Source: Candidatus Dormiibacterota bacterium (GTDB taxonomy: Bacteria; Chloroflexota; Dormibacteria; Aeolococcales; Aeolococcaceae). From it: 64,000 nucleotides of DNA. Position numbers and translations under genes: made by a program. The notes below the pieces were generated by a model. The model had not been told where the DNA came from, ran no database searches, and saw only the letters and a program-made list of their open reading frames with translations. The DNA lies in contig OY970355.1 of NCBI GenBank assembly GCA_963718525.1, positions 1,728,001 to 1,792,000 of the forward strand, written 5' to 3'. Position 1 is the first letter of the stretch, and each line of letters starts with the position of its first letter. Shown here piece after piece: positions 1-9,158 of the stretch.

Positions 1-92
1 CTGCCCGCGAGATCCGCCATCTCGGCAAAGTTGACCTTGCAGCCCAGCACCGTGAGCGCAACGCGAAGCGGGCGTTCTGTCTGCGTGCTCAT
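1..92 (-). CDS. mtaB: tRNA methylthiotransferase MtaB (MiaB family), N-terminal part; runs off window start
   Basis: Minus-strand translation from ATG at 92 gives MSTQTERPLRVALTVLGCKVNFAEMADLAG. LGCKVN is the UPF0004 N-terminal motif. Start overlaps the rsmE stop (ATGA), the usual rsmE-mtaB order. Confidence 0.8.
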   Translation of the reverse strand, partial: MSTQTERPLRVALTVLGCKVNFAEMADLAG

Positions 93-856
93 CGTGGTGC
101 ACGCTCCGGCGCGGGTGCTGCCGCGGCGTCGAGGTCACCCGAACCGGCGAGGAGCAGCGACGTCGCCACAGCACCGGCCAGCCGGCTCGGCAGCGTTCGC
201 GATCCGAGGTGGACGTTGACTGCTCCGGACTCCCCGAGGACGCGGAGGTCGGAGATGTCGAAACCGCCCTCGGGGCCGATGACCAGCCCCACGTTTACCG
301 GGGGGATCGGCACCGCGCTCAGGATCGGCGAGGCGTCCTGGCTGATCACACAGGCGAGGACCTTCGTGCCTGCAGGCAGCGCGTTGAGCGCGTCGCGCAA
401 CGGCAGAATCGAGTGCACCTCGGGGGGTGCCGCCCGGCCCGCGAGCTGCGCTGACTCACGGGCGATCAGCCGCCAGCGTTCGAGTCGGTGGATGACCCGC
501 GATGGATCGGGACGGGCCACGGTCCGATGCGTCAACACGGGACGGATCGTGGCCGCCCCCGCCTCGGTGAGCGCCTCGACGGTTGCGTCCATCGCCTGCG
601 CGGGGACCGCCTGAAGCACATGCACGGCAAGCAGCGGTTCGCCTTCGACCGGCCTCGTCCAGACGATCGTCCCGCTGACGCGCGACGGCGTCACCTCGTC
701 CAGCTGCAGCCCATGTTCCAGCCTGCCGTCCTCGACCACGACGATGGTTTCGCCCACCGTCGCTCGCAACGCGCGCGCGAGGTGGGTCGCGTCGTGTCCG
801 GTGAGGGTGGCGCGGCCATCACCAACCTGGTCGGGTTCGAGGAAAAAGCGCGGCAC
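89..856 (-). CDS. rsmE: 16S rRNA m3U1498 methyltransferase RsmE
   Basis: PRFF start, HLARALR, ESAQLAGR, IGPEGGF and LGSRTLPS motifs. Start is GTG 856 or ATG 868. Confidence 0.9.
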   Translation of the reverse strand: MPRFFLEPDQVGDGRATLTGHDATHLARALRATVGETIVVVEDGRLEHGLQLDEVTPSRVSGTIVWTRPVEGEPLLAVHVLQAVPAQAMDATVEALTEAGAATIRPVLTHRTVARPDPSRVIHRLERWRLIARESAQLAGRAAPPEVHSILPLRDALNALPAGTKVLACVISQDASPILSAVPIPPVNVGLVIGPEGGFDISDLRVLGESGAVNVHLGSRTLPSRLAGAVATSLLLAGSGDLDAAAAPAPERAPR

Positions 857-901
857 GGCAGCGTGCATGGTGCGGCACCCGCATCCCGCTATGGTGGTCG
901 C

Positions 902-1789
902 GTGGCAGAGGTGCATCTCACCGCGCGGACAGCCGAAGGCGTCGCCCTTTCCGTGGTCGTCACCGGCGAGGGCGATCCGCTGCTGCTGATCCCGGGCCTC
1001 GGCGCGGGTCGCTCGGCGTTCACCGTCATCGTTCCCGACCTCGCCAGAGCCCACAAGGTCATCACCTTCGACCCCCGCGGCATCGGCGAGTCCGAGGGGC
1101 CGGCCAACACGACCATGACCGCGATGGCGCAGGACGCCGTGGCCGTGCTCGACGCCGCAGACGTCACCAGCGCTGCGGTGTTCGGTGCGTCAATGGGCGG
1201 TCTGGTCGCCCAGCACGTGGTCGTCGATCACCCCGCGCGGGTCGCCGACCTCGTCCTCGCCGCCACGTCACCCGGAGGAGATCACGGCGTCGAACCCCGC
1301 CCCGAGGACCACGACGCACTCCTCGGCAAGGGTGCGAGAACTCCGGAGGACGCCTACCGGATCGCCTGCACCGTCCTGTACTCGCAGCAATTTCAGCGCG
1401 CCCACCCGGAGTTCATTGAGGCGCAGGTCCGCGAGCGGGCGCTCCATCCCGTGCGACCACGCGTGTTCACTGCCCAGTTCAATGCCATGTGGCAACCTGA
1501 CAACTCGTTCGAGCGCCTGGCGGACGTCGCGGTTCCCACGCTCGTGCTGCACGGCACCGAGGACGTCGTCATCCCATTCGAAAACGCGCGGATCCTGGCG
1601 GGGCAGATCCCGGGCGCGACGTTGCGGCCCTTCGACGGGTGCGGCCACCTGTTCTTCCACGAGCGCCCGGCCGAAACCGCCAGGGTCGTGACCGAGCACC
1701 TCCGCCGGTCGGGTTCGAGCTCCGCTCAGTCCTCGTCGGAGCTGGGCTCGTCCTCGCCGTCGGGCAACTCCTCAGCAGCGGCATCCTGA
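902..1789 (+). CDS. alpha/beta fold hydrolase
   Basis: LLLIPGLG, FDPRGIGES, GASMGG nucleophile elbow, HGTED and GHLFF. GTG 902 lies 6 nt after a TATGGT -10-like box. The 3' end overlaps rny. Confidence 0.85.
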   Translation: MAEVHLTARTAEGVALSVVVTGEGDPLLLIPGLGAGRSAFTVIVPDLARAHKVITFDPRGIGESEGPANTTMTAMAQDAVAVLDAADVTSAAVFGASMGGLVAQHVVVDHPARVADLVLAATSPGGDHGVEPRPEDHDALLGKGARTPEDAYRIACTVLYSQQFQRAHPEFIEAQVRERALHPVRPRVFTAQFNAMWQPDNSFERLADVAVPTLVLHGTEDVVIPFENARILAGQIPGATLRPFDGCGHLFFHERPAETARVVTEHLRRSGSSSAQSSSELGSSSPSGNSSAAAS

Positions 1790-3354
1790 CGCCCGTTGGT
1801 GTGCTCGGCCACAGCCGCACGCACCGGCACCAGCTGAGCCGGCGCCGTGGCGGTGGCCGTCGTCTCGCGGATCACGGTCACCTTGATGACCCCCGGGTAC
1901 TGCATCTCGGATTCGATCTCCCGGGCGATCTCGCTGGTCATCTGCGGCATGTCGGTGTCCTTGACCTGTGACGCCTTGACGAACACGCGGAGCTCCCGGC
2001 CGGCCTGCAGCGGAAAGGCGCGGTCGACGCCGCCGTGGCGGGTCGCGATCGTCTGGAGCTGCTCGAGGCGCAGCAGGTAGGTCGCCAGCGTGTCGCGGCG
2101 CGCCCCTGGACGCGAGGCGCTGATCGCGTCGGCGCAGATGGTGAGCATGGCGAGATCGGTGGACGGCTCCTCGTCAAAGTGGTGGGCCTTGACCGCGTGG
2201 ACGATGCCGGGATCGACGCCGAGGACACGGAGCAGCTCGCCGCCGATGATCGCGTGGACACCCTCGACGTCGTGGTCAACCGCCTTGCCGATGTCGTGGA
2301 GCATGCCCGCCTGCCGCGCGACGCTTTGAGGCAGACCCAGCTCGGCTGCGAGCACGCCGCAGAGGTGGCCGGTCTCCTCGCAATGGAGGAGCGCGTTCTG
2401 TCCGTAGGAGAACCGGTGGTGGAGCGTCCCCACGAGCTCGGCCAGCTCCGGTCGGCCCTCGATCTGCATCATCCACAGCGCTCGTTCGCCGACCTCGACG
2501 ACCCGGCGCTGCGTGGTCCGGCGCGCCTTCTGGATCACCGGCGGGACCTCGGTTGCCTGCATCCGGCGATCGACGACCTCGAGGGCGGCCTGGCGAGCGA
2601 TCTCGCGCCCGATGGGGTCCACGGTCCGCAGCGTCGCCTGGTGCTTCTCGTTGTCGATGCCGAGCTCGGCGCCGGTCTGCTCGGCGATGACCGCAAGCGC
2701 CGAGAGCAGGCGCTCCTGGGCGTGATCGTCGAGACCCTCGAGCGACAGCGGTGACATCCTCGGCGCGCTGTCCACGTTGGAGGCATCCTGCCTTTCAACC
2801 GCCTGCACGATCAGGTCGTTCGCGGTCGTCTCGACACGGTCGCCGACGATCTCCCCAACCGTGGCCTCCACCAGGGCGGTCCGTTCCGCGGCGAGCTCGA
2901 ACTCGAGGCGTTCGAGCACGAGGACCGCGGCCGCATCACGATCGAGCGCCGCCTTGGCGCGGAGCGTCTCGTCGATCTGCAAACCCTGCTCGGCGACCTT
3001 CGACCGCCGCTCCTCGATCTCGTCGCGGCGCTTGCGGTAGGCAAAGCGGCGGTCGTCGAAGATCTCGCGACGCTCGCGCAGGTGCTTGTGGCGCTCGGTG
3101 ATGACCGCCTCTCGCCCTTCTACCGCCGCCAGCCGCTCGTTGACCTCCTCCATGGCGGCCTCGTGCGAGTGGAGGGCGGCGGTGCGGGCCTCGGCGACCA
3201 GCGTGGACGCGTACTGGTTGGCGTCGATCAGGCTCTGGCTGACGAGCGGCGGCGCTGAGGGTTCCTGGATCTCACGCCGTGCGTTGAACAGCGCGACGGC
3301 ACCCACCGCGACCAGGACCACGGCGATGACGATCAGGACGGCGGTGACGATCAT
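1726..3354 (-). CDS. rny: Ribonuclease Y-like protein (N-terminal TM, coiled coil, degenerate KH, intact HD domain)
   Basis: N-terminal TM helix; RFSYGQNALLH, LHDIGKAVDH, AHH, ADAISASRPGARR, QAGRELRV and YPGVIKVTVIRE motifs typical of RNase Y. Confidence 0.85.
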   Translation of the reverse strand: MIVTAVLIVIAVVLVAVGAVALFNARREIQEPSAPPLVSQSLIDANQYASTLVAEARTAALHSHEAAMEEVNERLAAVEGREAVITERHKHLRERREIFDDRRFAYRKRRDEIEERRSKVAEQGLQIDETLRAKAALDRDAAAVLVLERLEFELAAERTALVEATVGEIVGDRVETTANDLIVQAVERQDASNVDSAPRMSPLSLEGLDDHAQERLLSALAVIAEQTGAELGIDNEKHQATLRTVDPIGREIARQAALEVVDRRMQATEVPPVIQKARRTTQRRVVEVGERALWMMQIEGRPELAELVGTLHHRFSYGQNALLHCEETGHLCGVLAAELGLPQSVARQAGMLHDIGKAVDHDVEGVHAIIGGELLRVLGVDPGIVHAVKAHHFDEEPSTDLAMLTICADAISASRPGARRDTLATYLLRLEQLQTIATRHGGVDRAFPLQAGRELRVFVKASQVKDTDMPQMTSEIAREIESEMQYPGVIKVTVIRETTATATAPAQLVPVRAAVAEHTNGRQDAAAEELPDGEDEPSSDED

Positions 3355-3379
3355 TCGTGGAGTGCTCTGAAGTGGACGG

Positions 3380-4294
3380 TCAGGCGCTGACCGCCAGGTC
3401 GAATGGGTCGCGTGCCTCGGCGATGAGTCGCTGGGCGAAGAGATTGGCGGCTGGAGGCAGGGTGCGTCGCCGATCCCAGCAGAGGGCCATGGTACGCGCG
3501 ATGGGTGGATCGCGAAGCGGGATCACTGCCACCCGCGTGCTGGGCACGGGGAGCGGCATGGGCATCAGCGTCGTCCCGAGGCCGGCTTCCACGAGCCCCT
3601 GCACGATCGTGAAGTCGTCACCCTCGTAGGCCACGTGGGTGGTGAGCCCCTGGGCGGCGAAGGCCGCGTCGATCACGCGGCGGAGCCCGCTGCGCGACCG
3701 CGGCAGGATCAGCGGCTCGCTGGCGACGTCCTCGAGCGTGCAGGAGCTCCTGCCGACGAGGCGATGATTGGTCGGGACCACCACGGCAACGCGCTCTCGG
3801 AAGAGGGGATGGATCTCGAGGTCCACGACACCGGTGGGCGGCGGTCCGAGGATGCCGAGGTCGTAGTCCCCGCCGAGGACGCCGCTCATGACCTCGGCGG
3901 TCGTTCCCTCCTCGAGGGTGAAGCGCACCGCCGGGTAGCTCTCGAGGAATCGGGCGAGCCGCTCCGGGAGCCAGCGCGCGCCGACCGTGTGCAGGAAGGC
4001 GACGCAGACCCGGCCGCTCTCGGCTGCCACGGCTCCCTCGGCCTCGGCGATGGCGTCGCGGAGGTCGTCGAGGATGCGCTCGGCCCGCCCGACGAGGCGG
4101 CGGCCGGCCTGGGTGAGGCGGATGTTCCGGCCGATCCGCTCGAAGAGCAGAACCCCGACCTCCTGCTCCAGTCGGGCGATCTTTCGTGACACCGTCGATT
4201 GATCAGCTTGCAGCGCTTCGGCTGCCCGGCTGAGGTGTTCGACTTTGGCAACTTCGACAAAAGTGCGTAGAAGGTCGGCATTGATGCGGTCCAT
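3380..4294 (-). CDS. LysR family transcriptional regulator
   Basis: N-terminal HTH (LSRAAEAL..QSTVSRKIARLEQEVGVLLFER) and substrate-binding domain (VEAGLG). Confidence 0.93.
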   Translation of the reverse strand: MDRINADLLRTFVEVAKVEHLSRAAEALQADQSTVSRKIARLEQEVGVLLFERIGRNIRLTQAGRRLVGRAERILDDLRDAIAEAEGAVAAESGRVCVAFLHTVGARWLPERLARFLESYPAVRFTLEEGTTAEVMSGVLGGDYDLGILGPPPTGVVDLEIHPLFRERVAVVVPTNHRLVGRSSCTLEDVASEPLILPRSRSGLRRVIDAAFAAQGLTTHVAYEGDDFTIVQGLVEAGLGTTLMPMPLPVPSTRVAVIPLRDPPIARTMALCWDRRRTLPPAANLFAQRLIAEARDPFDLAVSA

Positions 4295-4302
4295 GCATCA
4301 AT
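4280..4302. promoter_or_regulatory. LysR recognition box (ATTGATGC-N7-GCATCAAT, contains T-N11-A)
   Basis: Perfect 8-bp inverted repeat overlapping the LysR start codon, just upstream of the divergent promoter. Confidence 0.7.
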
Positions 4303-4320
4303 CTCACCCTAAATGTGCTG

Positions 4321-4349
4321 TTGATGTCAATGACCCCACCCGGTAGGCT
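4321..4349 (+). promoter_or_regulatory. sigma70-type promoter TTGATG-N17-TAGGCT
   Basis: Canonical 17-nt spacing; in-frame GTG 7 nt downstream (4357) suggests a leaderless mRNA. Confidence 0.55.
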
Positions 4350-4356
4350 TGTCAAT

Positions 4357-4839
4357 GTGATACGAGAACCCGAGGTACTGGAGCGTGGTCAGGTAGTCGA
4401 CCCGGGGCTTCTCATCGAGAGTGCCACTGAAGAGGTGCACGCCGCCCGGCGCAGGCATCGCCGCGAGGTTGTCGAGCGGACCCGCTTGCGCCGGCTGGTC
4501 GAACGGGTCGATAGCGCCATTGAGCTTTGCGAGGAAACGCACCTCCAGGGCATCAAAGAGGTCCCGCCGGACGTTGCCGAGCGGGCGCAGAAGGTGTTCG
4601 TCTTCGCGCGCGGCGCTGTCCGCAAGACCGGGGATGTCGACGCGATGGCCACTGTCGAGGCGTCCCTCGCGCGCCGCCAGGTCAAGATCACCGAGGTCAT
4701 GGACATCCTCTGGACGATCCAGGAGGTCGTGTTCGACCTGATGCTCCCGTGGCGCACCCAGCTCCCCGAGGACGTTGAGCCCGAGGGCGATGAGGCGTCG
4801 CTAGTAGGTTTCTGGAGAGAGTTCCGCCTCCACCCTTAA
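4357..4839 (+). CDS. hypothetical alpha-helical protein (ExxH motif), divergent from LysR
   Basis: ORF 4315-4839 with host-like codon usage; probable GTG start at 4357; similar to 44991-45284. Confidence 0.7.
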   Translation: MIREPEVLERGQVVDPGLLIESATEEVHAARRRHRREVVERTRLRRLVERVDSAIELCEETHLQGIKEVPPDVAERAQKVFVFARGAVRKTGDVDAMATVEASLARRQVKITEVMDILWTIQEVVFDLMLPWRTQLPEDVEPEGDEASLVGFWREFRLHP

Positions 4840-4840
4840 T

Positions 4841-4963
4841 ACGGCGGCGCTGGGGCGGCCTGATACGGCGTCGGCTTTCGGTCCTCGTTCGGTCACGCAC
4901 TTAAGTGCGCTTCCTCTCTGCGGTCCGCGCCTCCTTGTCTCAGATTCGCCCCAGCGCCGCCGT
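4841..4963. repeat. long inverted-repeat element (REP/MITE-like), about 123 bp
   Basis: ACGGCGGCGCTGGGGCG (4841-4857) is the exact reverse complement of 4947-4963. Pairing extends inward imperfectly, and there is a central GCACTTAAGTGC palindrome. Confidence 0.7.
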
Positions 4964-5013
4964 CGCCCTGTGACTCGAAACCTGATGGTGCCTGCTAGAT
5001 CCACAATCTGCGG

Positions 5014-6312
5014 ATGTCTTTGCGCGTTGCTATTGATCGGATGGTGGTTACGGGGCATCGGATCGATGTTCCGCTTGACTGGAATGAGCCTGCGGGTGCG
5101 CAGATCAGTGTTCATGCTCGCGAGGTTGTCGCGGCTGAGCATGTGGACGACGCGGCGCGTCCGGCGATCGTGTGGTTTCAGGGTGGTCCGGGACACGAGA
5201 TCGCGTTTCCCGATCATCGCGGGAGCTGGCTCGAACAACTGCTGACGCGGTACCGCGTGCTGCTGCTGGATCAACGTGGCACCGGGTTGAGCACGCCGCT
5301 CGAAGCGCGCTCCCTGCCCCGCTCTGATCCCGAGGCGCTCGGCGCCTTCCTGCGAAATTTTCGGCAGGACTCGATCGTGCGCGACGCGGATCGCCTGCGC
5401 GCGACGCTGTATGGCGAGGACTCCGACTGGTATGTCTTCGGACAGAGCTTCGGCGGCTTCTGCTCGCTCACGTATCTGTCGTATCTGCCGGAACACCTTC
5501 GCGGCGTGATCATCACCGGTGGCTTTGCCCCCGTGCTGCATGAGACCGAGGAGATCTGCACGCGGCTGTTCAACCATGTCGCGGCGCGCAACGCCGACTA
5601 CTACGCGCGGTTTCCCGGCGATGCCCAACGGGTGCGCCGGATTGTCGATCACCTCGATGCCGGCGACGAAGTGGACGGTCGGGGACAGCGTCTCAGTGCG
5701 CGCCGTTTTCTGATGCTGGGTGTGAAGCTGGGATTGCAACATGGGTTTGCCGAGCTGCACGGAATCATCGAGCGCGCGGACAACGATCTCGACCAGCTGC
5801 ATGTGCTCAGTGGTGTGGTTCATGAACATGTCGCGGGCGTGATGTCGCCGGCGACGAATCCGATCTACACGGTGTTGCACGAAGCGGCGTACTCCAACGG
5901 TCCTGCGACGCGATGGGCGGCGGAGCGAGCACGGCTCGCCGATCCCCGCTTTGCGCTCGATGCGCAGCCGGCGCCGTACTTCACAGGCGAGGCCGTGTTT
6001 CCGTGGATGCTGGAGGAGCTCCGAGACTTGCAACCGCTGCGCGAGGTTGCCGATGTGCTCGCGAACTACGATGACTGGTCGCCGCTGTATGACGTCGCCC
6101 GGTTGCGCGCGAATGCCGTTCCCGTCGTGGGGACGGTGTACTGGGACGATGAGTACGTGGAGCGCACCATGGCGGTCGAGACGGTCTCGATGCTCGGCAA
6201 CTGTCGTCCGTGGATCACGAATGAATACGAGCACGGCGCATATCGCGTCGACCCGGTGAGGGTTGCGGGTCGCCTGTTCTCGATGCTGGATGATCTGGCG
6301 TCGCAGGCGTAA
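5014..6312 (+). CDS. proline iminopeptidase-like alpha/beta hydrolase
   Basis: VPLDW, FQGGPG, LDQRGTGLSTP, FRQDSIVRD, GQSFGGFC, YWDDEYV and ITNEYEH motifs. Confidence 0.85.
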   Translation: MSLRVAIDRMVVTGHRIDVPLDWNEPAGAQISVHAREVVAAEHVDDAARPAIVWFQGGPGHEIAFPDHRGSWLEQLLTRYRVLLLDQRGTGLSTPLEARSLPRSDPEALGAFLRNFRQDSIVRDADRLRATLYGEDSDWYVFGQSFGGFCSLTYLSYLPEHLRGVIITGGFAPVLHETEEICTRLFNHVAARNADYYARFPGDAQRVRRIVDHLDAGDEVDGRGQRLSARRFLMLGVKLGLQHGFAELHGIIERADNDLDQLHVLSGVVHEHVAGVMSPATNPIYTVLHEAAYSNGPATRWAAERARLADPRFALDAQPAPYFTGEAVFPWMLEELRDLQPLREVADVLANYDDWSPLYDVARLRANAVPVVGTVYWDDEYVERTMAVETVSMLGNCRPWITNEYEHGAYRVDPVRVAGRLFSMLDDLASQA

Positions 6313-6342
6313 ACAGGCGCGGTTCCCGAAGGCCCGGCTGGC

Positions 6343-6735
6343 TCATGGAGCCAGGGCCAACACCACACAACACGTCATCAGCGCACACCCGAGCGGCGCC
6401 ATGAGAAATCGCTCCCAACGGCTCCGGGAGACGATATTTGCCAGGCTACTCGCGCCGAAAATGGCCGCGAGCACCCAGATCCCGATTCGTATTGGTGCGG
6501 ATGCACTGACTCCTCCCGAGAACAGCCCTCGCTCAAGGACGATGTAGAGCGCAGCGCAGAAGACCAGAGCAGACAGCGCACTTGCGATGCGTAGCTTCGC
6601 GGAGAGCACGGCGTTCGCGCCGCCAAATGCGGCATGGCCGAACGGTAACCCAACCGCCAGCAGGATCTGGAACGTCGCCATCCCGGCGACCCCGCATGCT
6701 GCCAACAGAGTCACCCAGTCGACAGATGAGCTCAT
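6343..6735 (-). CDS. hypothetical membrane protein
   Basis: About four hydrophobic segments; FQILLAVGLPFGHAAFGG and SRSRWER motifs; coupled to the upstream gene (ATGA). Confidence 0.75.
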   Translation of the reverse strand: MSSSVDWVTLLAACGVAGMATFQILLAVGLPFGHAAFGGANAVLSAKLRIASALSALVFCAALYIVLERGLFSGGVSASAPIRIGIWVLAAIFGASSLANIVSRSRWERFLMAPLGCALMTCCVVLALAP

Positions 6736-7379
6736 GTGTGGCTCGTGCTCGTTACGTCAACGGCTCGAGGAGGAATGGTGAGCTCGGCTCGACGTTTTAT
6801 CCCAAGCAGACACTTGCGCATCATCGGGAAGTCCGCCACCTCCGTGAGAACCAGCCATGCTGCTGTCGTTGGGTGGCGCCACGAGGGACGGGCCCGCACA
6901 CGCGTCACCAGCCGCGTGCGTCCGTCTGGCAACTGATCAAGAGCCCACGCCCAGGTGGTGCGCCGGATCCTTCGATCCCACCAGAGCATCCATCGGTTGG
7001 GTTCGAATGCTTTGACCCTCAGCCCACTTTCGCTACCGGGCCCCAGGGGGATGAGGTCTCCGATGGCGACGTGTTGGAGATCGGGAAAGATGCGCTCCGC
7101 GCTGCTGCGACCGAGGTTATCAAGCAGGTCGTAGCTGTACCAGCCGGCCCGACCGAAACCGATCTGGACCAGCCACGGCCAGATGGCCTCTGGGGGCGCG
7201 TTGACGGTAACGCCCCGCGTCGCATTGAATATCGGCGCAGCCACAACGTCATCTCCAGGCATGACCGCGCTGATCTCCTCACGAGTGGCTCCCCAGGTGC
7301 GCTGCCAAGGGCGGTACAGGGTCAGGAAGATCACGGCAAACGCGGCCACGACGATTGCAATACCGCCGATGCCCATCAT
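6732..7379 (-). CDS. SRPBCC-like hypothetical protein
   Basis: WGAT..E....PGD, TRGVTVNAPPEAIWPWLVQIGFGRAGWYSYD and MRKCLLGIKRRAE motifs. Confidence 0.8.
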   Translation of the reverse strand: MMGIGGIAIVVAAFAVIFLTLYRPWQRTWGATREEISAVMPGDDVVAAPIFNATRGVTVNAPPEAIWPWLVQIGFGRAGWYSYDLLDNLGRSSAERIFPDLQHVAIGDLIPLGPGSESGLRVKAFEPNRWMLWWDRRIRRTTWAWALDQLPDGRTRLVTRVRARPSWRHPTTAAWLVLTEVADFPMMRKCLLGIKRRAELTIPPRAVDVTSTSHT

Positions 7380-7532
7380 CCGCCACTCCTTCGCAGTGCC
7401 TGCTCGTCACGAAAGCCGAGAGCGTACCGGCTGGTCGCTCGTTCGCCTCACCCAGTTCACTACAGAAGGGCGATGGCATCCAGTGCCATTCGGCCCGCAT
7501 ATGACGGCCGTTGGCCACCAGTTCGTCTCGGG

Positions 7533-9146
7533 CTATGAGAAGTTCCGTAGCCCTCTCCAGACCTCAGGCAACGGCGCCTTGAGCGTGCACAACGTGACGG
7601 GCGCTCCCTGCTCGAGGTTCACGACCTGATAGGGAACCGTCAGATGCCCAACCACCTTCGCGGCCGAGCACATCCACGCGACGTCGGAAGGTTGATACCC
7701 AACCATGAGCACGTAATTGGCGGACAGTTGCTTCGGCAGCCAGTAATAGTCACTCAACTGCGGGCTGAAACTCGCCGGCAGAAGCGCGGGATTGCCATAG
7801 ATTTGCAGCGCACCGGCAACTCCGTAGTCGGAGGAAACGATCACGGTCGAGGCACGCTCGGATGGAGGAAGCGCTTGATAGATCGCCGTCATCTGGCCGG
7901 TGATCTCTTTCCAGCCCACCGTACTCGCGAAATCGGTGTCGAGGGTATCGAGGCCGGTTGCATGCAGCCGATCCGGTGGCGTGCTCGGGATGGTGATCTT
8001 CGCGAGGGTCAGCACGTCGATGAGACTCGCGAGGACGATCGCAGCTGCAAGCGCCGATCGAAGTCGTGGACGCTGGATACGTGACAGCGCGATCACCCCC
8101 GCTGCCATCACGATGGGAATGGTGGGCGCCGGGTAGTAGAACTTCCCAACGAGGAGATAGACCACCAGAGGAACCGCGCAGGCAATGCCGATCGGGCGCA
8201 GATCGTGATTGCGGAAGAGCGAGATGAGGCCGGCGATCCACAGGGGTGTCAGCAGGAAGAGCAGGATGAGGAAATAGACGAGGAAATTGACGGCGCCTCC
8301 TCCGGACGAGATGTCTCCCTGGTGGTTGAGGACGTACGTGAGCGTGGGAAGGCCGTTGGCAATCTGCCATACAACGTTCGGCAGCCAGATCAGGACCATC
8401 AGCGACGCTCCGATCCATGGACCTCTCGTCCGCAGATCCCTTCGCAGCGATGGGGTGACCAGAATTGCGATGGCGATGCCGGCAACCAGCGGAAGGATCA
8501 GGTACTTGATCTCCAGGCCGATGCCGAGCGTCAGGCCGAGCAGGATCCAGTAGCGAGGCCTGCGATCGATGATGAGCGAGAGAAACCAGTAGAGCGACAG
8601 CATCCAGGCCAGCTGATCGAAGACCACCGTCTGGAAGAGATAGGTGCCCAGCAGAATGGGCTCGGTCACGCCGATGAGCAGGGCGAGCGCCTGAAGCCCC
8701 AGCGAACCGCCGAGCTTGCGAACGTACGCCCCGCACAACATGACGTTGACCGCACCGACAAGGGCCGGAAGCAGTCGCAGGGTCCACGGTGTGACCCCGA
8801 GCAGACCGGTCTCGAGCCGAGCGAGGAGCGGCACGATCGGCGGGTAGTCGACGTATCCGAAAGCCGGGTGCCGTCCGCTCGCCATGTAATAGAGCTCGTC
8901 GATGTGGAATCCGAGGACGCCATTGGTCGCGAAGCGGATGGCGAGGAAGCATGCGGCCGCAACGGCGTACACGAGGAACGTTGCTTCGCGAGGGCGTCGC
9001 CACTGGGACACACGGCGCGCAGTGGTCACGCGGTCGCTCGCGGCATCCTCACCAGCACCTTGGCCTTCCTGCTCACGAGGGGCCAGTATGGGGTCGAACG
9101 CTCCCAGGAGAATCACTCCTCGAAGCCGGTGGCGCTGGCTGTCCAC
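7533..9146 (-). CDS. GT-C fold glycosyltransferase (family 39 / ArnT-PMT-like)
   Basis: FHIDELYY..GRHPAFGYVDYPP motif, many TM helices and a C-terminal DYGVAGAL. Start may be GTG 9029. Confidence 0.82.
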   Translation of the reverse strand: MDSQRHRLRGVILLGAFDPILAPREQEGQGAGEDAASDRVTTARRVSQWRRPREATFLVYAVAAACFLAIRFATNGVLGFHIDELYYMASGRHPAFGYVDYPPIVPLLARLETGLLGVTPWTLRLLPALVGAVNVMLCGAYVRKLGGSLGLQALALLIGVTEPILLGTYLFQTVVFDQLAWMLSLYWFLSLIIDRRPRYWILLGLTLGIGLEIKYLILPLVAGIAIAILVTPSLRRDLRTRGPWIGASLMVLIWLPNVVWQIANGLPTLTYVLNHQGDISSGGGAVNFLVYFLILLFLLTPLWIAGLISLFRNHDLRPIGIACAVPLVVYLLVGKFYYPAPTIPIVMAAGVIALSRIQRPRLRSALAAAIVLASLIDVLTLAKITIPSTPPDRLHATGLDTLDTDFASTVGWKEITGQMTAIYQALPPSERASTVIVSSDYGVAGALQIYGNPALLPASFSPQLSDYYWLPKQLSANYVLMVGYQPSDVAWMCSAAKVVGHLTVPYQVVNLEQGAPVTLCTLKAPLPEVWRGLRNFS

Positions 9147-9158
9147 CCGATCCCGTAC

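Noticed and set aside
1726-1789. 64-bp convergent overlap between the hydrolase and rny
   Set aside because: The Ser-rich tail looks like simple stop-codon drift; no evidence of function.
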